A stretch of DNA of 64,000 nucleotides from Verrucomicrobiia bacterium (GTDB lineage: Bacteria; Verrucomicrobiota; Verrucomicrobiia; Limisphaerales; UBA1319), in NCBI GenBank assembly GCA_963664225.1, contig OY760937.1, forward strand, positions 1,440,001-1,504,000, written 5' to 3'. Every line of letters starts with the position of its first letter. Position 1 is the stretch's first letter. This document shows, one piece after another, positions 50,333 through 59,999 of the stretch. Position numbers and translations under genes: made by a program. The notes below the pieces were generated by a model. The model ran no database searches and had not been told where the DNA came from. It worked only from the letters and a program-made list of their open reading frames with translations.

Positions 50333-53266
50333 TTATGGCTTCAAAGGCGTAAATACGCGAACTTCCTGACTTCCATTTAATCCATTCATCGAATTATAGG
50401 TTTGCCAGGAGGTTGCGTCATCACCCCCATTTCCGTTTCCATTCCTGTCCTCCAAATAATCCGGGACTCCGTCCCCATCCTGGTCGTATGGATTTCCGTT
50501 GGAATCCGCGGCAACATAATGAAAACCGATATCGACCACGGTATTGGTCTCTTTAAGGTTGCTTGTCTGGGTCGTGTAATGGAATAGAGTCGCGTTGGTC
50601 GCATTGCGGCTCCCCTTGTTGATCAGATTGGTTGATGACTGATAAAATCCTCCATACGTGCCTGTCGCGTAATTAAAGGATGCCAATGTAATGTTCTGAA
50701 GGCCACCCAAGCTCGTAGGCGTATTGAGATAACCGTTGTATCCACTCCCTCCTGAGGTATTTACGCATGTCAGCGTGCAATTGTCGAACAGGTTATCGTA
50801 TATCGCCCAAGGGTATGTGGTGACAGTGTTGTTCGCCGTCATCGAAGACTCGATAAACGTGTTGTTATAGCAATAGAAGTTCAAGGGCGCGGGGCTTCCC
50901 ATATACCCTTCTGCTATGGTCATACTCACGCGTTTGCACAGATTATTAGTCCAGCACACTGCCCCCATGTCAGAAGTGGCACTAAATAGCCAGTTGCCGT
51001 GCACAAGCTGACAATCACTTATGGCCATTCGGTTTAAATGGGTCAGGGCAAAAAAGCAACTGGCACCACGGCTTTTGGCATTCATTACTGTAAACCTGAG
51101 GAACATGTTTACTCCCGTGCCCGACTGCATCCACACGGCCCTCTGTCCAGTGGTTGGGTCAAACTGGTCTGATCGATCCTGCGCCCATTGATAATGCACC
51201 AGGCGGTTCATGCGATCCGGTGTGCCTTGACTGGCGAGGACCGATCCAGTCTGCAAGATGAAACCTGAAGTGCCAAAATAACCAACAGCGACACCATTGG
51301 TGAGTGTGAGCGTGGCGTTCGTCAGATACAAATTGCCCACCATGTAATCCACCGGATCAAAATGGAATCCCAAATCAGGGATGTCCGTATCACGCTGGGC
51401 CTGCGGATTAAGCACGGTATCAACGGATATGGCCGTGGAAATTGTGTTGGTTAGCATCACTGGGGCATAGGTCGTTCGCGTCCGCAAATCTTTGAGCAAA
51501 TTGGAATTGATGTTCGTTGTTCCCAAGTTGCGATAGGTATTGTCGGCCAGATAACTTCCGCCATCCATGAATAATTGAAACACATTCGTGCTGCTGGCGG
51601 TCGCGCAATAATTGGTATTGAATGCAAACCCATTGGTTGTGCACTGGACGAACAGACTGTTGGTGACGTTCAAAGTGGCTGACTGCCCGCCTGCAAATGT
51701 GGTGGAGACGGTATTTGCAGTGGCGTGTTCAACGGAACAGACATTTACTCCGCTGGCAAAGATCAAGCAGGAACCAACATTATCGAACAATACATTTCGC
51801 AAATAGTTAGTCCCCCCAGCGAAAGTAAAGGCGGTCCCCGTGCGATAGAACTTTGAATGGCTGTTCGTGTTGATGTGGCTCGCCGTATAGGAAATCCCCG
51901 TACTGAGGTGTTTGAAATACAGATACTGTAAATCCGCATCTGCACTGACGGTCATTCCGTTGCCATAATAACCGCTCGGGGATCCTGTTGAGCCAGAGAT
52001 TGTGTCCCCAATTGTGTTATCATCCTTAGCCGTGCATATTATTGGTCTGTAAGCAGTTGTGTCTGTTTTGACTGGACCGGAAAAACTCAATCCACTTCCA
52101 CTTGAGTATTTAATGACGCACCCCCCTTCGAGGATCGATGTTCCACTAAATGTCACCGTTGTATTGTTCGTTACAAAGTAGGTCGTATCCCCACGGAATG
52201 TGAAGTTGTTCGTGCTGCCTAACAGAATATAATCAATGACCACTCCTGCATCCAAGCGAAGGCCTGATTGCGCCATCAAAAGGGGTGATTTGGCTTTTGC
52301 CGTCTGGTTGACCGGTGGATATGTCCGGGATTGGGTTGGCGACGGACTCATGGCAGTACGAATTGCCCTTTTCGTCTCTGGCAGTTGCGAAAATTGCTGC
52401 CGAATGGACTGATACTCCACCCCTTCAATCATGAAAGTGCGACCATCCGAGTTTCCGAAATGTTTACCCACCTCAACCCCTTGATTGGGATCATCCTCGT
52501 CCGTCAGTTTGAAGGCCCGGCCTCGTCCCGTGCGCATCGCTCCAAAATCAAGTTCCTCATCCTTAAAATCAGGATTCACCAGTACCTGCTGACCTAATCT
52601 TTGTGTGTAATGTTTGAGGACCGCCGTCGTCTTGTTAGGCACGGGGCTCTCGTAAAACTCAGTCACCACTTCCAACCGGGTTGTATCTGAAGGCAATCCG
52701 AACTCCTCGGGAGCTGGTGGTTGCTCCTGAAGGATGATATCCTGTTCAAAACCAGCTTTGGTCACGGTGTATCGAACTGTCGCCACAATGTTTGAAAAGG
52801 CGTTGGTATAGATAACCTGATTGGCTCCCAGGACTGCGCCCTGGCTCTCTTTCACTCCCCCTATCCACACAGACTGCCCGCTGGCCGCGTCATAATATGC
52901 CAATCCCACCGGCGAGCTCCGCATTCGCTTACCGTCAGGAGTCAAAAGGTCAATCGCGCCCAGTGTTTTGAGATTGGGGGCAAATATCACCTTGTGCTGC
53001 GTGTGCTGAGCGATAGCGCCATCGGGGTGTATCTCAATCTCATCGTTTGCATCAACCCATTGACCATTCTCCTGATAACACGCACCGGTTTGCAATTCCA
53101 CGTAACTGTTCGTGCTCCACAATGTCTCTCCCGACGGTCCCAACTCAGACATCACTGATTCCCACACCCGGTGATGAGGCCCACGCTCAACCACGACGGC
53201 GGTCTGGCCATGAAGAGTCAATGCGGAGATAAGGAGGGTGAGGACACTAATTGCGTGTTTATTCAT
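50333..53266 (-). CDS. Large secreted protein with beta-rich repeats and C-terminal DxDxDG motif
   Basis: Signal peptide MNKHAISVLTLLISALTLHG; ERGPHHRVWE N-terminal region; Thr/Asn-rich repeats; DQDGDGVPDYLED; ends 34 bp before the Rhs start. Confidence 0.85.
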   Translation of the reverse strand: MNKHAISVLTLLISALTLHGQTAVVVERGPHHRVWESVMSELGPSGETLWSTNSYVELQTGACYQENGQWVDANDEIEIHPDGAIAQHTQHKVIFAPNLKTLGAIDLLTPDGKRMRSSPVGLAYYDAASGQSVWIGGVKESQGAVLGANQVIYTNAFSNIVATVRYTVTKAGFEQDIILQEQPPAPEEFGLPSDTTRLEVVTEFYESPVPNKTTAVLKHYTQRLGQQVLVNPDFKDEELDFGAMRTGRGRAFKLTDEDDPNQGVEVGKHFGNSDGRTFMIEGVEYQSIRQQFSQLPETKRAIRTAMSPSPTQSRTYPPVNQTAKAKSPLLMAQSGLRLDAGVVIDYILLGSTNNFTFRGDTTYFVTNNTTVTFSGTSILEGGCVIKYSSGSGLSFSGPVKTDTTAYRPIICTAKDDNTIGDTISGSTGSPSGYYGNGMTVSADADLQYLYFKHLSTGISYTASHINTNSHSKFYRTGTAFTFAGGTNYLRNVLFDNVGSCLIFASGVNVCSVEHATANTVSTTFAGGQSATLNVTNSLFVQCTTNGFAFNTNYCATASSTNVFQLFMDGGSYLADNTYRNLGTTNINSNLLKDLRTRTTYAPVMLTNTISTAISVDTVLNPQAQRDTDIPDLGFHFDPVDYMVGNLYLTNATLTLTNGVAVGYFGTSGFILQTGSVLASQGTPDRMNRLVHYQWAQDRSDQFDPTTGQRAVWMQSGTGVNMFLRFTVMNAKSRGASCFFALTHLNRMAISDCQLVHGNWLFSATSDMGAVCWTNNLCKRVSMTIAEGYMGSPAPLNFYCYNNTFIESSMTANNTVTTYPWAIYDNLFDNCTLTCVNTSGGSGYNGYLNTPTSLGGLQNITLASFNYATGTYGGFYQSSTNLINKGSRNATNATLFHYTTQTSNLKETNTVVDIGFHYVAADSNGNPYDQDGDGVPDYLEDRNGNGNGGDDATSWQTYNSMNGLNGSQEVRVFTPLKP

Positions 53267-54537
53267 AGGGTAGAATATTGACGGACAATTAACGCGAACC
53301 AGCAGGAAGAAACACCGCAGGACCAACCTTCCTGCACCGACTTTAATTTGACACGTATATTATCAATATCCACTTCCGTGTCAAAACATTTATGAATATT
53401 TTTGTTCTTTTTTTATAAAGAAGTGTGCTAACACGCAATCTGTCTCAATATGAGGCATTCCGATTGTTTTTATCGCCATCTCGTTTGAAGCAGACTTTTA
53501 GCGGCATAGGGCAGCTTATGTTTCGAGACTTGTCTAACGGAAGTCAAACTGGCTAGGCCTTCCCCTGCAAATGTCCAACCCTTCCGTTTAGAGTTCGTGG
53601 AATGAATGCTGTAAAAATGAGAGATGGGAATATCAAGAATTTGCCGGAAACTCTGCATGCTCCCGTCCTGACTTGGAAGAATTGGAGCAATTGGAACGGA
53701 TCGAGGATATTCCACATATTCTGGCTCAGAGAGTGAGCGGGCAAATTCTCGGTAGATCCCGTTCGAACGCCAATCACGATGCTGCCCAATCAGCGTGCAC
53801 TTTTTCGACGGCGCATTTCAACCTTGTCCAAATAATCATAAGTCACCTACAGATGGGGGCCAGACGAGGGAAATCCAAAGAAATAATGAAACTTATTATT
53901 GTAACCGAAACAGGAGTCCTCGTCGTATTGATCCTAACGAGTCCCTTGATTGAAACAACACCACAGCCTCACACCGTCGAGACCTCGTATCCAACGAGTC
54001 CCGTCCCGATGGGGGTCGTAGGTTCCAGTGGGTCCTATGCACCTTCCTCGTTTGATTTCCACACTGGGTCTTGGTGTCCTAATTGAGCATCGCAAAGTAT
54101 GCGGTGGAGCTCCAACTCCACCGCACGCCCTTTTCTGGCACTGGGTCACAACCGGGCACGATTCATGTGCGTAGGCTGATTCAGCTTAAACACCTGCGCT
54201 TGAAACTGAACCGGGTTGGGGTTGGGTGGCGATTGCGGATTGTTTTGACAGTAATTAAGGATTGGCGGCAACCGGCACTCTTTCGGCCTAAAACCACCCG
54301 CCACTCGTTCGTTCGCTCAAAACGGTCCAAAATGTCTGACAGAATATCATCCAATCTCCTGACATTATCCCTCAATCACTTCTGGCAAATCGTGTCCGCT
54401 CGGTGAGACTGCGTAACGCACGCAAAATCGGATAAAATAAAAACACGCAAAACCAAGGAGATACGAAAGATTCGGCTGATGATCGAATCTGGAGGATTAT
54501 TTGTGGACTACAACGGGATTATGTATAGATTAATGGC

Positions 54538-55011
54538 ATGCCACAAGCAGCAGTAATCGAAAACAGCCCTGACATCCAAGATCGAATCGCTGACCTGAAT
54601 AGCCAGATCATGGCTGTTCAGGAACAACTGCAAGCCTTACGTCGTGCCGCCGGTGGACTGCAAGTGATCCTGCCCGAGTTGCACGACGAGGCTAGTGGCC
54701 GCATTGATGCGCAAAAGATGGCAGCCTATATGGGGGTGCCGCTCAAACGACTCGCCGAAGGTCTGCAATTGCATTACAAAGCCATACATCGGAATCCCTC
54801 CGCGGAATCTTTCCAGCCTGCGCTCAAACCAGTGAAGCGATCCTTGGAGATACTCCATCAGTTCTTCAACAAACCGGAGACGGTGCGGGTATGGCTGAAT
54901 ACACCTCATCCCGATCTCGATGGAAGCACCGCTTTGGAAACAATTTTGGCTGATAACTCACATGCAGTTCTAAGAATTCTCGAAAACGCGGCGACCGGCG
55001 TGCCTGTCTGA
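54538..55011 (+). CDS. Xre/MbcA/ParS-type antitoxin
   Basis: C-terminal VRVWLNTPHPDLDGSTALETI...LENAATG toxin-binding signature. Confidence 0.8.
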   Translation: MPQAAVIENSPDIQDRIADLNSQIMAVQEQLQALRRAAGGLQVILPELHDEASGRIDAQKMAAYMGVPLKRLAEGLQLHYKAIHRNPSAESFQPALKPVKRSLEILHQFFNKPETVRVWLNTPHPDLDGSTALETILADNSHAVLRILENAATGVPV

Positions 55012-55229
55012 TGCTTTCCCCCATTCCACTTGCCGCTGCTCTTGGCATAGTCAATCTCGCATCCGCCCATGGGCCGGGGTCACGGGGTCACGGGCGGTGG
55101 GTTATCACCATCTGCTCGGCCCGCCCCGCGGCATGACCGGCCCACCGCGGCCACTATGGGGCGGCGGCGCGGCCAAAATTGCTGGCGCCCGATTCACACC
55201 CCAAGGCGGCTTCGATTCCATCTATCTCG

Positions 55230-56002
55230 CCCACCACCCCTTTTCGTCAATTGGCTGGTCAAACCCTTCAGCATGGCGCTGCTTGGTTTCCTTTTTGCGA
55301 AGACCATCTATTCGGGATGGCTGGGTCTCTTCGATGCCGACACTGCCAACAATTACACGGTCGGCATCATCCTCCTCGCCGCCGCTCCCAACACGGCGAT
55401 GGTTATCGTCTTGAGCTACCTCACTGATGGCGATGGGCCTTACACACTGGCCCAAGTGGCGATCAACGACCTGATCATGGTTTTTGCCTTCGCTCCCGTC
55501 GTCATGTTTCTCGTGGGTGTCACCCGCGTGAAAATTCCCGGCCATATCCTATTCATCCCCGTGCTCGTCTTCATCGTCATCCCGCAGGCTGCTGGCTGGC
55601 TCAGTCGCAGCGCACTCATCAAAGCCCACGGCATAGCGTGGTTCGAAGCCGCCTTTCCACCCAAATTCCGTCCGGTGACGGTGGTGGCGCTGCGGCTGAC
55701 GCTGGTGCTGCTACTGGCGATCCCGATTCTCATCCAGGTCTATTTCAATTCGAGCCTCACCTATCTGCTCATGCGGTTGTTCCGGGTGCGCCACAACGTG
55801 GCGATCCCCGGTGCCTTGATTGGTGCGAGCAACTTCTTCGAGCCGGCCGTGGCGGTTCGCCATCACGCTCTTCGGCCCCACCAGTCCGGTGGCGCTCGCC
55901 GTCGTCGTCGGGGTGCTGGTTGAGGTGCCGGTGATGTTGTCGGTCTGCAAAATGTGCACTGCCTCACATGGCTGGTATCAGCAGAGGGTTATGGCGGCAT
56001 GA
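55230..56002 (+). pseudogene. acr3: ACR3-family arsenite efflux transporter pseudogene
   Basis: NWLVKPFSM, AAPNTAMV (Cys replaced by Asn), LLAIPILIQVYFN, GASNFFE, frameshift to VVGVLVEVPVML; N-terminus missing, internal deletion. Confidence 0.85.
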
Positions 56003-56039
56003 TTGCAGAGAGATTTGACCCGAGGGATTCATTAAGAGC

Positions 56040-56383
56040 TCACATGACAGGCTGAGATGGACATGCTTGGATAGCAAAAGATGCTGGACGCATTACGACA
56101 ATGGCGGATGGAAATGGCGCAGTGTTTTTACCGTCTCCGAATTTGAGCCGTCCGCGTAGGAACCGGATTTCGTGCTTCATGGAGAATCGGTGCCACCAAG
56201 CCGTGTCCATGCACGACGGGACGAGGCAAACCACCGTTGCTCCTTCATGCATTGCCTCGCCATGGGCCTTGGCCATCCAACTTGCGATTGCCTCCCCATA
56301 CGGCTGCTTCATAAAAACGACCTCATCGCGCCAGGACTAGAGCAGGCCATTGTCTTCACGCGTGTAATATTTTTGGCACTTTG
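56040..56383 (-). pseudogene. Phage-type DNA N6-adenine methyltransferase (Dam family) remnant
   Basis: KCQKYYTREDNGLL*SW..VVFMKQPYG (cf. NPPY)...VVCLVP...DTAWWH...IRFLRGRLKFG...APFPS; internal stop, 5' truncated. Confidence 0.82.
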
Positions 56384-56683
56384 AATTGGTGTGAGTCAAA
56401 CAGGGATCGAGCTGGTTGCGATTGTTTAGTGGCGATCGTGTCCACTGTAAACCTTTTGGCGCAATGTACCTACCGGGCGGACAGAATTGGCCAATACGGT
56501 CTGATCATCGAGGAATGGTTCAACCTTCATTTCTGGCACAATATCATGGGGGAGGGACAAAAACGGTCCACCCCATCCATTATTTTTGCTCCGATTCACC
56601 GATCGGTTCGAACGATTGGCGCATTTTGAGCAGATTTGGGGAATCCATGAGCGCATCGGCACAATAGGCTTATTGACAACGAG

Positions 56684-57421
56684 ATGAAAATATTGGCGCT
56701 ACTGCAATATCATCAATCGTGCCGCCAATCAGGAGAAGAGCAATCGCCAACGGGCGCAGTACCGAATCCATGCGATAAAGAAAGTTACAACATTTTTCAG
56801 CAGCGACACCCTTGTGAGTCCTATAATCCAGGTATGCATTCAAAAAACATCAAATTCAGCGCGGTCGAGTCCGGGATCTTCATCGAAGCGGCTTTGCACC
56901 GCCAGACGATTTACCGTTTGGACGAACGATTGGATCAAACAGAGCCGTTTTCAATGTTGTGGCCAGGAATGGGGCCGATGAAGAACTCCCAGATCCTTTT
57001 TCTCTTGGAAGCTGCCGTTTCACGCGTGATGAACAACCTCCCGAACGCATCAATTCCCTTGGACGGCAATATCAATGCAACAATACAATATTTGTATTGG
57101 AGCTACACCAAAGATTGCCTTGATCGATCGTTTATCAATCCTTATCGAGATGACCTGTTAGAAGCCCTTCTGCTTCGATTGTTTAATGAGCACCTTGATC
57201 ACAGCCACAAATTGGATTTCGAGGCGGTGGCGACCGATATGAATCAATGGACATTGCTTGCTGACGTGGGGGCCATTCTCCTCGACAGGGAATTCCCCAT
57301 GGGTGACCAGATCTGGCCACGGGAAGATCAGGGAATATTGGATCCCCCATGCAAAGGCGACTATCTCCGGCAGACTTGGGAAGAACTGCAGGAAGCGCGG
57401 CGTATGCCATGGCCGATCTGA
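56684..57421 (+). CDS. Hypothetical protein
   Basis: 245-aa ORF with protein-like composition; true start may be 56834. Confidence 0.5.
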   Translation: MKILALLQYHQSCRQSGEEQSPTGAVPNPCDKESYNIFQQRHPCESYNPGMHSKNIKFSAVESGIFIEAALHRQTIYRLDERLDQTEPFSMLWPGMGPMKNSQILFLLEAAVSRVMNNLPNASIPLDGNINATIQYLYWSYTKDCLDRSFINPYRDDLLEALLLRLFNEHLDHSHKLDFEAVATDMNQWTLLADVGAILLDREFPMGDQIWPREDQGILDPPCKGDYLRQTWEELQEARRMPWPI

Positions 57422-57437
57422 TTGCGCAGGGACTCCC

Positions 57438-57839
57438 CTACCCCTTCGCAATTGGCTGAAACACTTCAACATCCGGAGCGATTTTACGTTTCCCAGGCTC
57501 GAGAGTCAGGATTGGGATTCTCAAGGCGGCAGCCTGCTGCCAGATAACGGCATCAACCAGCAAAGCGGCGTTCACGCCCTTCCTGAAATAACTTTTGGCA
57601 AATGCCTGGCCGGCTTTAAACGCAACCCGCTCATCAGGGGCGATTCGCAGGAAACCGTGCAGGTCCCGATCCAGAGCTGCCTTGCCACGTCCGCTTGCGG
57701 CCAATGCTGCAACAGTAAGGACGCTGACGGCGAGTTCATCGACTGCGGCGCAACCCTCGAGTGCGCGTGTGCAGGCGTCATGTGATGCGTGCCGCGGATC
57801 AAGCCACGCAACGATAACCGACGTGTCGACAAGGATCAT
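57438..57839 (-). CDS. vapC: PIN-domain (VapC) toxin
   Basis: MILVDTSV, LVDAVI, ILTL; ATGA-coupled to the antitoxin. Confidence 0.82.
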   Translation of the reverse strand: MILVDTSVIVAWLDPRHASHDACTRALEGCAAVDELAVSVLTVAALAASGRGKAALDRDLHGFLRIAPDERVAFKAGQAFAKSYFRKGVNAALLVDAVIWQQAAALRIPILTLEPGKRKIAPDVEVFQPIAKG

Positions 57840-58072
57840 GAGCGAACCCGCTTGAGAAGTTTGACGCCGGAAATATTGCCCTTCCATGCCGCAGCCCGGG
57901 CTCGAATGTGCTTCTGCATGGCGTTTGGAGCTTCGGATTTTGGACGCGCAAACACACCGCGATCGCGAAATTCCCAAGTGAGAACGCAGCCTTCGGTGAT
58001 GCCGGCGAGTTTGCGCAAATCCTCGGGGATTGTGGTGGTGCCTTTGCTTGTGACTTTGGTTTCGGTTTTCAT
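57836..58072 (-). CDS. vapB: AbrB/MazE-type (VapB) antitoxin
   Basis: KVTSKGTTTIPEDLRKLAGI.EG. Confidence 0.85.
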   Translation of the reverse strand: MKTETKVTSKGTTTIPEDLRKLAGITEGCVLTWEFRDRGVFARPKSEAPNAMQKHIRARAAAWKGNISGVKLLKRVRS

Positions 58073-58075
58073 TAA

Positions 58076-58109
58076 GTATGAATCATACCGGTAATCATTG
58101 CAGAGTCAA
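58076..58109 (-). promoter_or_regulatory. Sigma-70 promoter and palindromic operator of vapBC
   Basis: TTGACT-N16-TATGAT on the minus strand; palindrome GTATGA-A-TCATAC (58076-58088) overlaps the -10 element. Confidence 0.6.
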
Positions 58110-58491
58110 GATGGCGAAGGTCTGGATTCCATTGGTTCATTCTCAAAAACCGCTTGCGATCCGGCATGATGCACCAATCACGACATGGACTGCCAGGTCA
58201 TTAGGAATCACCAGATTACTTGAATGACAATCCAGCAAAATGGGCATGTTGGGCATGTTGTATCGACACCAGTGGGTAATTCCACCGCCCAATCAGCCTA
58301 ACCCTAATCCAGCCTCCATCGAGAGTCGTTGCAGAGAGATCAGCGCCAGCGATTAGACTCATGTAAGAATCTTACTGGTAAGAATGCTGATGCCTGGACT
58401 GACATGACCGGACAAGCGCGTGCGGCTCTGGAGACTTTTCGATGAGATGGGCTGATTGGCGCCGAATTCCAGACATTTGCCGGGGCGTCGA

Positions 58492-58525
58492 TTTAGTATT
58501 GATAACATGGCTTATCCGCACTAAA
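58492..58525. other. Putative tyrosine-recombinase core site (14-bp arms, 6-bp spacer)
   Basis: TTTAGTATTGATAA-CATGGC-TTATCCGCACTAAA, ending 8 nt before the recombinase ATG. Confidence 0.7.
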
Positions 58526-58533
58526 GTTCCCCC

Positions 58534-59520
58534 ATGGATTCTCCCATCCAGACCGCCCTGCCCTCCCCGCCGCCGGCCGCGGGGCCGCCGGCCCTGTCGG
58601 ACCAGCAGTTCGCCGCGCTGGCCGGGGTCCCCGCGGAAAACGTCTGGCTGGCAAATATTGTCAATCCCTGCACCCGCCGGGCCTATCATCAGGATCTCGC
58701 CGATTTCATGGCCTTCGTTGGCATCCGCGAGCCCCGGGATTTTCGACGGGTGGTGCGCGCCCATGTGATTGCGTGGCGCAAATCGCTGGAAGCCCGGAAA
58801 CTGGAGCCCGCCAGCATCCGCCGCAAACTGTCGGCCCTGTCGGCCCTGTACCGGTATCTCTGTGAGGAAAATTGCGTTTTATTCAATCCCACGCTGGGGG
58901 TCAAACGACCGCGGGCGGGCGCCAATGAAGGAAAAACCCCGGCCATCGGGGATGACCAGGCCCGGGCCCTGCTGGCCGCACCTTCGGACAAAACGATCAA
59001 GGGCAGGCGCGACCGCGCGGTGCTGGCCACGTTTCTGTTTCACGCCCTGCGGTGCGCGGAACTCTGCGCATTGGATGTCCAGGATCTGGAGCAGCGCTCC
59101 GCCGTGGCCCATTTGCGCATCCACGGCAAGGGAGGCAAAATCCGCTTCGTTCCGGTGCACCCGGCGGCCCAGCAACGCATTGCGGAGTATTTGGCCGCGG
59201 CGGGTCACGGCGCGGATCGGGAGGGTCCCCTGTTTCGTCCGGTGAAAAACCCGCGCGGTGGTGCATTGCGCAAGCCGCTGTCGCCGGGGGCGGTGTATGC
59301 CAGAATCGTCCGATTTTACGCTGCACAGGTCGGCATTGACCTGTCCGGCTTCGGGCCGCACTCGCTCCGGGCCACGGCCGCAACCAACGCGCTGGACCAC
59401 CACGCGGACATTGCCAAAGTCCAGGAGTGGCTCGGGCACGCCAATATTTCCACCACCAAGATGTACGACCGTCGGAAGACCAAACCGGAGGACAGCCCAA
59501 CGTTCAAGGTTGCTTATTAA
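58534..59520 (+). CDS. Tyrosine recombinase/integrase (XerC/D-like resolvase)
   Basis: Catalytic residues R (ALRCAE), K (GKGGK), HSLR, LGH and Y (TKMY); markedly GC-rich. Confidence 0.93.
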   Translation: MDSPIQTALPSPPPAAGPPALSDQQFAALAGVPAENVWLANIVNPCTRRAYHQDLADFMAFVGIREPRDFRRVVRAHVIAWRKSLEARKLEPASIRRKLSALSALYRYLCEENCVLFNPTLGVKRPRAGANEGKTPAIGDDQARALLAAPSDKTIKGRRDRAVLATFLFHALRCAELCALDVQDLEQRSAVAHLRIHGKGGKIRFVPVHPAAQQRIAEYLAAAGHGADREGPLFRPVKNPRGGALRKPLSPGAVYARIVRFYAAQVGIDLSGFGPHSLRATAATNALDHHADIAKVQEWLGHANISTTKMYDRRKTKPEDSPTFKVAY

Positions 59521-59999
59521 CGGAGAGGCCTTGCCCCCGCCAGGATTGCGGCCTGAGTCTTTGAACCCGGGGATTTCCGCCTGGCGCGGGTTTGCACCGC
59601 GCGAAACGCCGGGTTGGCCGGGTGCATTGAATTTTCCATTTCCTCAACGAGGCTAATAACCTTTTTTGCCAGTTTAGGACTCACCTCGAAAATGCGGATG
59701 ATCCTGTCGGTCAGTTCCTCAATCGCCTTGAGATCGGATTTCTTGAGCGCCGTGGCATGGTCTTTGGCTTGTATAATACCCAATGGTTTTTCCGGAGAAT
59801 CCTCCAGGAAATAGTCGATCGGCACGCCCAGCTCTTTGGCAATGATGGCCCACCGGCTGTCGGACGGCGTGCTCACCCCTTTTTCCCAGTTGCAGATCGA
59901 ACCGGGCGTGATTCCCAAAAGTTTTGCGAGGTCCCTTTGGGACAAACCCAGGCGGACACGCAGCGACCTGATTAAACTTGGGAAATTGCTCGGTAACAC
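59517..59999 (-). CDS. XRE-family HTH regulator (repressor-like)
   Basis: LRVRLGLSQRDLAKLLGI..GSICNWEKG...P. Confidence 0.82.
   Translation of the reverse strand: MLPSNFPSLIRSLRVRLGLSQRDLAKLLGITPGSICNWEKGVSTPSDSRWAIIAKELGVPIDYFLEDSPEKPLGIIQAKDHATALKKSDLKAIEELTDRIIRIFEVSPKLAKKVISLVEEMENSMHPANPAFRAVQTRARRKSPGSKTQAAILAGARPLR

Noticed and set aside
53914..54002. Two related CTCGT...ACGAGTCCC mini-hairpins as an ncRNA
   Set aside because: Stems are only about 5 bp and fall within a possible small ORF; insufficient support
55069..55229. Arg/Gly-rich N-terminal extension of the 55069 ORF
   Set aside because: Low-complexity GC-rich read-through with no ACR3 similarity; not treated as part of a real protein
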